DNA from: Massilia sp. W12
GTDB taxonomy: Bacteria > Pseudomonadota > Gammaproteobacteria > Burkholderiales > Burkholderiaceae_D
Reading direction: 5' to 3'
NCBI RefSeq assembly: GCF_037300705.1
Contig: NZ_CP147776.1
Span: forward strand, 5,026,857-5,090,856
DNA length: 64,000 bases
Shown here in pieces: positions 20,438 through 30,913 of the stretch (position 1 is the first letter of the stretch; the number at the start of each line of letters is the position of its first letter). The translations under genes and the position numbers were made by a program. A model generated the notes under the pieces. It was not told where the DNA came from and ran no database searches. It was given only the letters and a program-made list of their open reading frames with translations.

Positions 20438-22228
20438 TTAAAACAAATCGGCGTCGAGCGCCATCAAAGTCGATGCGCCTGCGCGCGCCTGACGGATCAG
20501 GCCGGCGGTTTCCGGCAACAGACGCGCAAAGTAGAAGCGCGCGGTGGCCAGCTTGGCTTTGTAGAAATCGTCGCCCGAATCCAATTTTTCCAGCGAGATT
20601 TTGGCCATTTGCGCAAAGAAATAGGCGTACACCAGATGGCCCACAATGCGCAGATACGGTACCGAAGCGGCCCCCACTTCGTCTTGATTCTGGAAGGCTT
20701 TCATGCCGATTTCCATGGTCAGCTTGGTGACTTTTTCACCCAGATCGGCGAGCGGGCCGATGAATTCGCTCATGTTTTCATCGAGGCCGTTTTCCTCCAC
20801 AAAGTTTTGGATCAGTGCCCCGAATTTGCGCATTTTCGCGCCATTGTCGAGCAGGATCTTGCGCCCCAGCAGGTCCAGCGCCTGGATCCCGTTGGTGCCT
20901 TCGTAAATCATATTGATGCGGCAGTCGCGCAGATATTGCTCCATGCCCCATTCGCTGATGAAGCCATGGCCGCCGAACACTTGCAGACAGTCAGATGCGG
21001 CGATCCAGCAGTTATCGGTAATGAAGGCCTTGATCACCGGGGTCAGCAGGGCCACGATGTCCGCCGCGTCTTTACGCACTTCTTCGTCCGGGTGGTTTAA
21101 TTCGCGGTCGATCATCAAACCGATGTAAGACGAGAATGCGCGCGCGCCTTCGGCATAAGCCTTGGCGGTCAACAGCATGCGGCGCACATCCGGGTGCACG
21201 ATGATCGGGTCAGCCGCTTTGTCCGGGGCTTTGACGCCGGACAGGCTGCGCATTTGCAGGCGGTCTTTGGCGTAAGCCAGCGCGTTTTGATACGCCACCT
21301 CAGTCACGCCGACCGATTGCATGCCGACGCCCAAACGGGCCGCGTTCATGAACACGAACATGGCGTTCAAACCCTTGTGCGGTTCGCCGATCAGCCAGCC
21401 GGTCGCGCCGTCCAGATTCATCTGGCAGGTGGAATTGGCGTGGATGCCCATTTTTTCTTCAATCGCGCCGCAGAAAATCGGATTGCGCGCGCCCAGGCTG
21501 CCGTCTTTATTCGGGATGAATTTCGGCACCAGGAACAGCGAGATGCCTTTCGAGCCTTCCGGCGCATCCGGCAGACGCGCTAACACCAGATGCACAATGT
21601 TTTCCGCCATATCGTGTTCGCCGGCGGAAATGAAAATCTTGGAGCCGGTGATGGCGTAGCTGCCATCGGCTTGCGGAATCGCCTTGCTGCGCAGCAGGCC
21701 CAGATCGGTGCCGCAGTGCGCTTCGGTCAGGCACATGGTGCCAGTCCACTCGCCCGAGACCAGCTTGGGCAGGAACATCGCTTTGAGTTCCGGCGTGCCG
21801 TGTGCGTGCAAGCACTCGTAAGCGCCATGGCCCAGGCCGGGATACATAGACCAGGCCTGATTGGCGGAATTGATCATTTCATAGAAGGTGTTATTCAACA
21901 CCAGCGGCAAGCCCTGACCGCCAAAATCCGGGTCGCAGGACAGCGCCGGCCAGCCGCCTTCGACAAACTGCTTGTACGCTTCTTTGAAACCCTTGGGCGT
22001 GGTCACGGTGCGGGTTTCTTTATCGTAATGGCAGCCTTCGCGGTCGCCGCTGTGATTGAGCGGGAACAGCACTTCCGAGCTGAATTTGCCGCCCTCTTCC
22101 AATACCTGATTAATGGTATCGGCATCCAGATCAGCGTGAGCCGGCATTTGCTTCAATTCATCTTCCACACGCAACAGCTCGTGCAGCACGAATTGCATAT
22201 CACGCAAGGGAGCGACATATTGACCCAT
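20438..22228 (-). CDS. Acyl-CoA dehydrogenase (long form, ~596 aa).
   Basis: ACAD motifs (…GQGLPLVLNNTFYEMINSANQAWSMYPGLGHGA…, …IYEGTNGIQALDLLGRKI…). First gene after the TetR regulator in the fad operon. Confidence 0.85.
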   Translation of the reverse strand: MGQYVAPLRDMQFVLHELLRVEDELKQMPAHADLDADTINQVLEEGGKFSSEVLFPLNHSGDREGCHYDKETRTVTTPKGFKEAYKQFVEGGWPALSCDPDFGGQGLPLVLNNTFYEMINSANQAWSMYPGLGHGAYECLHAHGTPELKAMFLPKLVSGEWTGTMCLTEAHCGTDLGLLRSKAIPQADGSYAITGSKIFISAGEHDMAENIVHLVLARLPDAPEGSKGISLFLVPKFIPNKDGSLGARNPIFCGAIEEKMGIHANSTCQMNLDGATGWLIGEPHKGLNAMFVFMNAARLGVGMQSVGVTEVAYQNALAYAKDRLQMRSLSGVKAPDKAADPIIVHPDVRRMLLTAKAYAEGARAFSSYIGLMIDRELNHPDEEVRKDAADIVALLTPVIKAFITDNCWIAASDCLQVFGGHGFISEWGMEQYLRDCRINMIYEGTNGIQALDLLGRKILLDNGAKMRKFGALIQNFVEENGLDENMSEFIGPLADLGEKVTKLTMEIGMKAFQNQDEVGAASVPYLRIVGHLVYAYFFAQMAKISLEKLDSGDDFYKAKLATARFYFARLLPETAGLIRQARAGASTLMALDADLF

Positions 22229-22296
22229 GGTTTTCTCCTGACATTACGATTGGGGTTACTTGTTTATCTGATTTCATTCGCACAGCTGGCAAAGCT

Positions 22297-22890
22297 TCAT
22301 GCCGGCTGCTGGTAACTCATTAACAGGCGTTCAAACCCTGCCTGCGCTCTCGGCACACTGCCCGGCATGCGCAAAAACCGCGCATCGTGGTGCAGCGCCA
22401 GGATCAAACCGTACATTTCAAACACCAGTTGCTGCGGATCGGTGTCCGCTTTCAAATGGCCGCATGCAATCGTTTGATCCACACAGCGCAGCAAGGCGGC
22501 CTGCCAGGTGCGCACCATATCGGCCAGTTCCTCGCGGATCGGGCCGGGCCGGTCGTCATATTCAACCGCGCCGCTGATATAGATGCAGCCGGAGGCGATT
22601 TCCATCGACACCCGCTTCACCCAACGCGCAAACATCGCTTTCAAACGCGGCAGTCCGCGCGCTTCGGCAATGCTGGGCAAAAACACTTCACGCTCAAAAT
22701 TGCGGTGATAGAGCTTTAACACTTCGCTCTGCAAATCTTCGCGCGAGCCGAAATGGGCAAACACGCCGGATTTACTCATCCCCATTTTGTCCGCGAGCGA
22801 ACCGATGGTCAGGCCTTCCAAACCATCGCGGCTGGCCAATTCCAGCGCGGCTTCCAGAATCGCTACCCTGGTTTGTTCACCCTTGCGCAT
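22297..22890 (-). CDS. TetR/AcrR-family transcriptional regulator, likely regulating the fad operon.
   Basis: N-terminal HTH RVAILEAALELASRDGLEGLTIGSLADKMGMSKSGVFAHFGSRE. Confidence 0.8.
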   Translation of the reverse strand: MRKGEQTRVAILEAALELASRDGLEGLTIGSLADKMGMSKSGVFAHFGSREDLQSEVLKLYHRNFEREVFLPSIAEARGLPRLKAMFARWVKRVSMEIASGCIYISGAVEYDDRPGPIREELADMVRTWQAALLRCVDQTIACGHLKADTDPQQLVFEMYGLILALHHDARFLRMPGSVPRAQAGFERLLMSYQQPA

Positions 22891-23158
22891 AAGTCTTTGT
22901 CATCCTCACTGTGCGAATTCCTGCACTTGCAGCTATATGCTTATAACTTCAAATGCGAACGTTCGTACTATTATTCAGCCCCCCTTAAAAGTCAAACGGG
23001 TTTCCTAGAGTTGGCAATCTATTGGTGCGTCGCAGCATGCGGCGCTTTGGCGGCTTGTGTGGCAAGGGCGGGGAAGGCGTCCCGGCGGCGTGCGCCGGGG
23101 CTCGTTGTGGGGCGACAACAGGGACAGGAAAAGGCGGTTTTTCAGAGGGGAGCAGGCT

Positions 23159-23563
23159 TTATTCAAACATGCCTTTTTGATAAAAGGCGCGCGACAGATC
23201 GCGCCTGTCCTGTTTGGTGGGACGGCCCTTGCGTTGCGCGGCGGGTTCGGGGGCGAATTTCTTTTGCTCTGCGACATGCGCCCTTTGCTGGATGGAATCC
23301 GATGTTTCTTCATACAGCAGGCGCGCCACCGGGGCCGGCCCGCGCACATCCGACAGCGCCAGCACCTTGACTTCCCAGCAGGTCGCGCCATTGTCGATCT
23401 GTAACACATCACCGACATGCACCGCGCGCGCCACTTTCACGCGCTCGCCGCCGATTCTGGCGCGCCCGTTTTCAATCGCGGTCGCGGCCAGGCTGCGGGT
23501 TTTGAAAAAACGCGCGGCCCACAGCCATTTGTCGAGGCGGACGGGGGAGGAGTCTTGGGACAT
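23159..23563 (-). CDS. hslR: Ribosome-associated heat-shock protein Hsp15 (S4-domain RNA-binding).
   Basis: VRLDKWLWAARFFKTRSLAATAIENGRARIGGERVK is an S4/Hsp15 signature. 134 aa with a basic C-terminal tail. Confidence 0.8.
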   Translation of the reverse strand: MSQDSSPVRLDKWLWAARFFKTRSLAATAIENGRARIGGERVKVARAVHVGDVLQIDNGATCWEVKVLALSDVRGPAPVARLLYEETSDSIQQRAHVAEQKKFAPEPAAQRKGRPTKQDRRDLSRAFYQKGMFE

Positions 23564-23743
23564 GGGGGGATTCCTGATGCTTGCAGATACACAGAATTTT
23601 ACCCCGATCTGCGGATAAAACAGGGCTGATGTGGTATGCGGATTTCAGTACGCCAGTGTACTGCAGGTGATTTTTTTGCGTTGTTTTGCAGATTCAATTG
23701 AAGCTGTCATAATGAATTACGGCTGTGTCATTTTTCACTCATT

Positions 23744-24328
23744 ATGATACCTGAATTTAACATTTCTTCTGTCTTACCCCCATTTGTCGGGGCAAGCTCC
23801 GCTGAACGTAAGGGGGTATCCCCTTACCGTTGCAGTTCCAATGAGTTAGTCGAACGATTTGCCTGTTCATCAGAGCGGATTCAACTTTTACACGGGTTGC
23901 TGGACTATCGGGCAGATTTGCAGAAGCTGGGAATTATTGAAGGCTGGCAATGGTTGGATGGCAGTTTTGTGGAGGATGTTGAGCGTACTCAAAACCGGTC
24001 GCCAAACGATATCGACTTAGCCACATTTGCAAGGGTGCCAGGCACCGCCAGTCAACAAAAACAATTTGCTCTCGAAAACTTATATCTTTTTGAGCCAGGG
24101 GCTGCAAGGGCAAAGTATGGTTGCGATGCTTATTTTATAGAACTTGGCGTTCGGCCTCAGCTTTTGATAAGCGATGCATGCTACTTACAAGGGCTTTTCT
24201 CTCACCAAAAACAAACGCATCTGTGGAAAGGCATTCTGCAGATTTCTTTAAATACACCTGAGGAAGATGCCGCGGCGCGTCTTTTGCTGCAACAACGCAC
24301 AGCGCAGCATAGGAGGGGCTTATGTTGA
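23744..24328 (+). CDS. Minimal nucleotidyltransferase (pol-beta superfamily fold), 194 aa. First gene of a two-gene cassette in a lower-GC islet.
   Basis: MIPEFNISSVLPPFVG… N-terminus and the NTase signature hG[GS]-x(9-14)-DhD in WLDGSFVEDVERTQNRSPNDIDLATF. Local GC about 45-50%. Confidence 0.55.
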   Translation: MIPEFNISSVLPPFVGASSAERKGVSPYRCSSNELVERFACSSERIQLLHGLLDYRADLQKLGIIEGWQWLDGSFVEDVERTQNRSPNDIDLATFARVPGTASQQKQFALENLYLFEPGAARAKYGCDAYFIELGVRPQLLISDACYLQGLFSHQKQTHLWKGILQISLNTPEEDAAARLLLQQRTAQHRRGLC

Positions 24329-25293
24329 ATAAGCTTGAATACGAAGCGTTGGCAGCCGATTTGGCGGCAGTAAATGCCTTGTTGGCTGATCGTACCGAAG
24401 ATGAGGACCCTATCGGCTGGATGCAATATTCTTTCCGTAAAAAAGAGCTGGAACAAAAATTATCCAAAATGCAGCAGAATCAATTGCACCATGCACAACT
24501 TGGCCTTTTTTTTGGAGGCGGGCCGGTTCTGGGCTCTCGCGGGATACATGCAGATTTCGCAGGTCAAGCCTTGAATATGATGCAAACATTGATCAAAAGC
24601 CGCTGTGCTGAAGTCGAAATGGGGCCGCTCAAACAAAGAGGGAAGTTACCGCAAACTGAGCGTTCTCAATTGATTGTTACGCAAATCCTGCGCGGGTCAA
24701 TTGGCTTTGTTCTGGAAGAGGCGGGTGAGAATTCTGAAATTATCGACACTCCGCTGAAGGAGGTCGTGGATGAAATTTCACAGCTTTTGATCGCAACAGC
24801 TGAGGGTGATTCAATGAAATTTGAGCAGGCAAGCGAATCACTTGATCAGCGCATCCTGAATTCTCTTCGGGGTTTCTTTGCATTGTTGGATGAGCAGGAG
24901 GCAACTCTGCGGATTGTATGTGGTGAGAAAGACTCATCGTTCAATCGAGAGGCGATACAAAGTGCATATCTGCGTTTACAGGCATTGGAAATTCATGAGT
25001 TTTCAAAGGAATTGTGCGGCGTTTTATACGTTAGGCCAGGCAAGCGGGATTTTGAATTGCACTATTGTGATGCGGGGCAGATGGAGAAACTCGATGGCAA
25101 GTTGCTGCCACAAGCCATTGCGCAAATTGCCGGACAGGCAGAATTAGAAGGGACGCAGCTTGATCCAGAGAACATTGTGGGACGCCGTTGGCGTGTTTTG
25201 CTTAACGTTAAAGAATACAAAGAAAGAAAGCGTGAGCGCACCAGCTACGCGCTGCAAAGCCTGCTGGGCTTGGCAGATGAATTGGCGCATTGA
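24322..25293 (+). CDS. Hypothetical 323-aa helical protein, translationally coupled (7-nt overlap) to the nucleotidyltransferase gene.
   Basis: ORF overlaps the upstream stop (24322 vs 24328), with the same low-GC composition. No family motif recognised and no obvious HEPN Rx4-6H. Confidence 0.5.
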   Translation: MLNKLEYEALAADLAAVNALLADRTEDEDPIGWMQYSFRKKELEQKLSKMQQNQLHHAQLGLFFGGGPVLGSRGIHADFAGQALNMMQTLIKSRCAEVEMGPLKQRGKLPQTERSQLIVTQILRGSIGFVLEEAGENSEIIDTPLKEVVDEISQLLIATAEGDSMKFEQASESLDQRILNSLRGFFALLDEQEATLRIVCGEKDSSFNREAIQSAYLRLQALEIHEFSKELCGVLYVRPGKRDFELHYCDAGQMEKLDGKLLPQAIAQIAGQAELEGTQLDPENIVGRRWRVLLNVKEYKERKRERTSYALQSLLGLADELAH

Positions 25294-25476
25294 TCAAAGC
25301 ACTTGAATTCTCTCAGGCCGGCAGGAGTGGCTTCAACCGCGAGCCGGTGCGGGGACAGCGTAAATGCCTTGGCGCCGTCCCTTTTTTCTGACGCACAATG
25401 GGCGCGGGGCGCGCGCGGCCTGCAGCGCGCTCCCCGGCGTATCTGTTTCCATGCAATCCGCCCCCCCAGCCACACC

Positions 25477-28400
25477 TCACTCAGGCCGCTTCACCCCTGC
25501 CTTGTGCTTGCCAACCTCATGCGCCCCGCTTTTTTTGCCGGCTTGCAGTACGCTCAACAGCCGTTTGTCCAACTCACTGATATTGGCCGACATTTCGCGC
25601 ACGCTGTCCCAGATGCTGTGGTCGAGGCGCATTTTGTGGTTCATTGAGCTGAGCATGGGCAGCAGGGTTTGTTCATAGCTTTCCGTCAATTTGAGCAGAG
25701 CCTTTTGCAAGATCAGCTGCTCCGGCACGCTGATGTCAATTTTGGCCGGCATACGCTGCGCCATCGCTTCGATTTGCGCGCTGATGTCGCCCAGCAGATT
25801 GGCGATTTTGGTGGCGCCATCGGCGTCGGCCCCGCCTTGTTTGCGCAGGCGCAGAAAGTCGCTGCACAACTCCCGCCAGCGCGCCTGCTCCTGTGCGCTT
25901 GGCTGTCCCAGCAAATGCGCCAGTTTCAGCAGATTTTCTTCCGCGCCGGTGGTCAGGGTTTGCGCTTCGCCGCGATAGTGGTCGCGCAATAAAAGATCGA
26001 GTTCCGCCGGACTCATCAAGGCGGAAATCCTGGCGGCCAGCTTGGCCATATTCCGGTAACTGCCTTGCAGCTTGAAGCTTGGTTCTGTACGGTATTGCGG
26101 ATCTTGCGCGGCGGAAGCGATGTAGGCCTGGTTCACCGCCAGCACCGCGTCGCGCACCTTGCACATGCGCTGCAAGACTGCGCATATTTCGCTGATTTCC
26201 TGGCTGCTGTAAGCGTGTTGCAATTGGCTGGCGGCAATCGGCTCGCCTTGCGCCATGCGCAACAAGAGTTGCACATCCTGCGGCGCGCGGTTGTTTAAGA
26301 CCTGCAATACCGGATTGGCGACCAGCGCGTTTTCGATATACGACATGGCGAACACATCTTCATGCCCGGACAGCATATCGCCCAGATTATAAATATCGGC
26401 GCGATTGGCCAGCATGTCGGGAATGCGGAACATCTCGCCCGATTCGGTGTAAGGATTGCCCGCCATCACAATCGCAAAGCGCTTGCCGCGCAAATCATAG
26501 GTATGGCTGGCGCCGCGCCAGATCCCTTCGATACGGCGGGTGCCATCGGCTAAGCCGATGAATTTTTGCAAAAACTCGGCATTGGTATGCTGAATATCAT
26601 CCAGATACAGCATCACATTATTGCCCATGGCCAAACCCAGATTCAGCTTTTCCAGCTCCATGCGCGCGGCGCTGTTGGCGGCTTGCGCCGGATCGAGCGA
26701 GCGCACTTCATGCCCTAACACCGGGCAGTTGATACGCACAAAAATCATGCCCAGGCGGTCGGCAAGATATTCCATCAAGGTGGTTTTGCCGTAGCCGGGC
26801 GGCGAGATCAGTAACAGCATGCCCATCGAGTCGGTGCGCCGGGCGTCGCCTGCCGCGCCGATTTGCTTGGCCAGATTGTCGCCGATGGTGGGCAGATACA
26901 CATCATCAATCAAGCGGTTGCGCACAAAACTGGAGAGCGGTTTGGCTTGGAATTGTTCAAGCCGCAAACGCGCTTTTTCTGCTTGCAAGAGTTGCAAGCG
27001 CAAAGCCTGCAATTGCAGATAATGCGGGACATGCACTTGGCAGTGAGATTGCAAACGGCGCACGAATTCATTCAGATGTAAATCCAGACTTTGTTCTTGC
27101 ACGCGCGCATGTTCGCCCAATACATTGCTGATTTTCACACGCAATTCAAGCGCCAGTATGTCGCGCGGTAAGGGACAGAGTAAGGCTGCTGCCGCTTCCG
27201 GCAACACGCTGTCTTGCGTCGCACTGTGCGATGCCGCGCCGCCTTGCGCTGTCAGGCTGGCCAGCCAGGCGCAGGCAAGCTGCCAGCGTTCGGCCAGACT
27301 GAGCTCGGCCGCCTGCCACGGCAAGCTGATTTGATGGCGGCTGAAATGCTGCAATAAATTTTGCATCAAATCGGCGGCGCTGCGGCTCAACACCCATTTG
27401 TGTTCAGCTTTGAAATTGCCGCTGCCCGGATGCTGGCCCAGTTCCGCCAATAAATAACTGGCGGCCTGCTCCAGCGTCAGGGACAGATCCGAGCCGGCGA
27501 AAATATCGCTCTGATCCAAGCCCTGTTGTTGCACAAATTGCGCCAGATTGGCTTGCTGGGTTTTTGTCAATTGCTGCAGCAAGGCGCGATTGCCAAACTG
27601 GCGCCGCATCAGTTCTGCTTGCTGCGCCTGGAGACACAGCGTTTGCGCTGCGACTTGCGGCGCCAGTTGTGTGGCAAGGTGTTGCCAATACAGCAGGGCA
27701 AGCGCGCGTGCGCCGGCGTCGTAGCGCAGCAAACCGGCGCTATCCAGCATCGGCGCCAGGCTGCGCAGAATTTGCACTGCATCGTGGTCATGCAGCCCTT
27801 TTTGATAGCCTTCCTGATAGCGTGGCGCGGCAAATTGCCGTACTTGCATCAGTAACTGCGCGCCATCCACCTCTCGCACTCCGTCTTGCAGCAATTGCCA
27901 AGTCCAGCCTTCACGCCCTTCCTGCGCCGCCAGTACGACTTGCCAGGCCAGATATTCGGCGCGATACACTTGCGCGCTCTCGGCCAGGCTTTGTTGCTGC
28001 CAATACGCTTCCAGCGCTTGCAGGCGCGGTTCATCGACCGGGAAAAAATAATCGGTGCCGGTCAAGTGATAGCACATCTGCTGCTTGTGCAAGACCATAT
28101 TCAGGTCTAAGGGCTGGCTGTTGACGGTGAAGGCGTGGCGCCCCAGGCGTATCGTATTGCCGCTGACTAATTCGGTGCGGTCGCGCAAAGCGCGCTGCCC
28201 CTGTTCGCGCAGATTTTTCAGCTGCCCGGCCAGATCATCGGCGCTGACGTTGCTGCCCAGTTTGCGCAAATCTTGAATACTGCTTTTGAGTTTTGCCACC
28301 AGGGCATCGGCGGCAAAGTACGCTTCCAGTTGCGCCGCTTCAGTAAATTGCTGCAAGCGTTTCGGAATGCTGTGCAAGACGCGTTGCGCGGCGTCGGTAA

Positions 28401-30780
28401 TGGCTTGCACACGCTGCGCGCGCTGGGCTTGCAGACTCTGTTTTCTGGCCTCAAACGTGACATATACGGTTTCACGCTTGGCGGCGATTTCGGCCAGGAA
28501 TTCGGCTTGCTCGGCAAAGCGCCCTTCCTGCTCTTCCAATTGACTCAGCAAACGGGTCAGCAATTCCTCGCAGCGCTCCGGCGTATCGGCTTGCTCCAGT
28601 GCGCTTTCCACTGCCTGCGCGAACAAATTGAACTGCGCCGCAAATTCGCCCGCCGCTTCGTCCTTGCTGAATTGCTGATGACGCTGGCGGACTTCTGCGC
28701 GCAGCTTATTCACATCGGCAAAAATGCTGGAGATGCTCTGCAAAATCCGGGTGCGCAGACTGGCGTCGCTGACCGCCAGACTGGCCAGTAATTCAGTCAG
28801 GCCATTCAAATTCAGGGCGGTGGCTTCGAGTGTGGTTTGCACCGTTTGCAGCTGTGCCGAGGTGTGCAATTTAGGCAATTCCAGCCGATGTCTGGCCAAT
28901 TCCGCAGAAATTTTGGCAAATGCCTGTTCCTGGCTTAAAAATTGCACGGTGCGCTCAGCGACGCGGCTTTCTTCTTCCTGCAATGCCCGGTCCAACTCCG
29001 CCAATTTGACAAGGTCGATGTAACGTTGCTCTTGCATACTGGCTAAGCGGCCACGTTCGAGGCGCAAGGCGGCCAGGGCTTCGACAAAATCGGTCGGCGA
29101 TTGCCAAAGGCGGCTGGCGATCTCGCTCAATAACTGGCGCTGCGTGCTGGCGGTCTGTTGCAACTGCTGTTGCGCCTGGCGTTGTACTGCGGCGACTTTG
29201 TCAAACTCATCAATTGTGCTGTTGGCCACCTCAATGATCAAACCCATTTCCTGGCCAGGCTGATGGGCCGCGTCTTCATTGAGCCAGTGATAGGCATCCA
29301 CGGTGCGGCGGCATTGCTTGATCAAGCTTTCAAACATAAAGCGCGTTGGCAATTTGTCTTTGCCGCTGGCGTCTTGCTCATGCACCAACTTGCAGATCGA
29401 ATACATTTCAGAGATGGCGCGCACCAGTTCGCGATTGCCGATTTTCCCTAAAAAGCTCTGCTTAGGGACTTGTTTGGCGGCGTGCTCTTCGCTCTGAAAC
29501 GGCGTTTGCCAGAGCTGCATCGGGTGGTTACGGGTCGGCTCCTGGTTTTCCGCAGTAAACAGCAAGATGCGGCCATCCGGAAAACGCGCATAGCCATGCG
29601 CGATCATGGGTTGGGACAGTGTTTTATTGATCAGGTTATAGCTCAGCAAGACATAGATGCCTTCCTGCACGCCATAAAACACATACAGCACATCTTCGCC
29701 GTTCGCCGACAGCACGCGGCGCTTGAACTGCAAGCCGGCGGGCATCTCGGTAAATGTCCGGCTTTCACCGCTTTGCAAGGCATAACCGACAGGAAAGACG
29801 ATGCCATGATCCTCGGGCAATTGCACGCAAGATTGCCCAATTGCATCTATCCTGCTCACCTGTTGCAGGCGGCGGTTAAAGATTAAATAGCGATTTTCCT
29901 GCTCGCGATAGGGTTTGATGCGCAACAGAATCAATTCGCCCACACTCGCGTAGGCGATTTCCGCATCGTTCAAAGACTGGTTGCGGTCTGTCACCGGCTC
30001 GCTGTAAATCCCCAAGCCGGATTCGGTATTGTTTTCAATCTTGATCGTCAAATCGCCATCGATGGTCTCGACAAACAGGGTGTCGAGAATATTGATATGG
30101 CTGTGTTTGCCAATGACGTGTTGCTCACGGGTGGTTTTGTGCCATTCAAAGTCATGGCTGGGCGGCAGGGCGATATCGCGTTCGCCGCGATTGTCGATGT
30201 AAGCGGGCTGGCCGGCATCGGCCAGTTGCCAGCGGAACACACGCAAGTCGCTGGCGCGTTCGCCAATTTGAAATGCGGCCAGCAATTTGCCCTGATGCAC
30301 ACGCAATTGCACCAGTTGCGTATTGCGGTAATAGCTGTACAACTCGGTGAATTCGGCGACAAAGCGCGGGTCTGCCAGGAAGCTGCCCTCTATCGGCAGC
30401 GCTTGCAACTCGAATTGATCGCTGTCGCCGGCCTGTTGCAAATGGTACAGGGCAAACACATCGGCAACCTTGGTTTCCTTGCGCAAGCCAATGAACACGT
30501 TGTAGCCGAACAGTAAAACATCGCCGACCAATACCAAATCACGCGCCACGCAATTGTTTTCCGTGCGTGCGCGGGTGCGCGCCAGCAGCCTGGTGTCATC
30601 CCGGCCAAATTCATCGATACGCGCCTGATTCAGGCTTGCGGCCTTTTGTAATAAGGCTTCAGCTTGTTGCGCCAGACGTTGGCGCAATAAATCGAAACTG
30701 CTGGAATGCACGGTCGCGCGTTCGGCCTCAGCTTGGGCGAGGCTGGCGTCTTGCGCAGCGCCGGTTTCAGGAAGACTCAT
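25477..30780 (-). CDS. Giant (1767 aa) multidomain protein with an AAA+ ATPase module (MoxR/AAA_5-like) in the C-terminal third and long predicted coiled-coil/helical regions. It is the last gene of the flotillin-PspA operon.
   Basis: Walker A LLLISPPGYGKTTLMEYLA (nt ~26775-26795), Walker B-like VMLYLDDIQH, and an AAA_5-type GNPY…RIPDMLANRADIY segment. There is a 134-bp gap to the upstream flotillin gene. Confidence 0.75.
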   Translation of the reverse strand: MSLPETGAAQDASLAQAEAERATVHSSSFDLLRQRLAQQAEALLQKAASLNQARIDEFGRDDTRLLARTRARTENNCVARDLVLVGDVLLFGYNVFIGLRKETKVADVFALYHLQQAGDSDQFELQALPIEGSFLADPRFVAEFTELYSYYRNTQLVQLRVHQGKLLAAFQIGERASDLRVFRWQLADAGQPAYIDNRGERDIALPPSHDFEWHKTTREQHVIGKHSHINILDTLFVETIDGDLTIKIENNTESGLGIYSEPVTDRNQSLNDAEIAYASVGELILLRIKPYREQENRYLIFNRRLQQVSRIDAIGQSCVQLPEDHGIVFPVGYALQSGESRTFTEMPAGLQFKRRVLSANGEDVLYVFYGVQEGIYVLLSYNLINKTLSQPMIAHGYARFPDGRILLFTAENQEPTRNHPMQLWQTPFQSEEHAAKQVPKQSFLGKIGNRELVRAISEMYSICKLVHEQDASGKDKLPTRFMFESLIKQCRRTVDAYHWLNEDAAHQPGQEMGLIIEVANSTIDEFDKVAAVQRQAQQQLQQTASTQRQLLSEIASRLWQSPTDFVEALAALRLERGRLASMQEQRYIDLVKLAELDRALQEEESRVAERTVQFLSQEQAFAKISAELARHRLELPKLHTSAQLQTVQTTLEATALNLNGLTELLASLAVSDASLRTRILQSISSIFADVNKLRAEVRQRHQQFSKDEAAGEFAAQFNLFAQAVESALEQADTPERCEELLTRLLSQLEEQEGRFAEQAEFLAEIAAKRETVYVTFEARKQSLQAQRAQRVQAITDAAQRVLHSIPKRLQQFTEAAQLEAYFAADALVAKLKSSIQDLRKLGSNVSADDLAGQLKNLREQGQRALRDRTELVSGNTIRLGRHAFTVNSQPLDLNMVLHKQQMCYHLTGTDYFFPVDEPRLQALEAYWQQQSLAESAQVYRAEYLAWQVVLAAQEGREGWTWQLLQDGVREVDGAQLLMQVRQFAAPRYQEGYQKGLHDHDAVQILRSLAPMLDSAGLLRYDAGARALALLYWQHLATQLAPQVAAQTLCLQAQQAELMRRQFGNRALLQQLTKTQQANLAQFVQQQGLDQSDIFAGSDLSLTLEQAASYLLAELGQHPGSGNFKAEHKWVLSRSAADLMQNLLQHFSRHQISLPWQAAELSLAERWQLACAWLASLTAQGGAASHSATQDSVLPEAAAALLCPLPRDILALELRVKISNVLGEHARVQEQSLDLHLNEFVRRLQSHCQVHVPHYLQLQALRLQLLQAEKARLRLEQFQAKPLSSFVRNRLIDDVYLPTIGDNLAKQIGAAGDARRTDSMGMLLLISPPGYGKTTLMEYLADRLGMIFVRINCPVLGHEVRSLDPAQAANSAARMELEKLNLGLAMGNNVMLYLDDIQHTNAEFLQKFIGLADGTRRIEGIWRGASHTYDLRGKRFAIVMAGNPYTESGEMFRIPDMLANRADIYNLGDMLSGHEDVFAMSYIENALVANPVLQVLNNRAPQDVQLLLRMAQGEPIAASQLQHAYSSQEISEICAVLQRMCKVRDAVLAVNQAYIASAAQDPQYRTEPSFKLQGSYRNMAKLAARISALMSPAELDLLLRDHYRGEAQTLTTGAEENLLKLAHLLGQPSAQEQARWRELCSDFLRLRKQGGADADGATKIANLLGDISAQIEAMAQRMPAKIDISVPEQLILQKALLKLTESYEQTLLPMLSSMNHKMRLDHSIWDSVREMSANISELDKRLLSVLQAGKKSGAHEVGKHKAGVKRPE

Positions 30781-30913
30781 GTCTGGCTATTCCGTGGTGA
30801 AGATTGGACAAAGCTGCACTGTGCGCGATGATATGCCGCCAGGCATGCGGCTGGCGGGACATCATTACGGGCCAGGGGCGTTTGCAGCCTGCCCCCCAGC
30901 CTGGCCACCCGCC

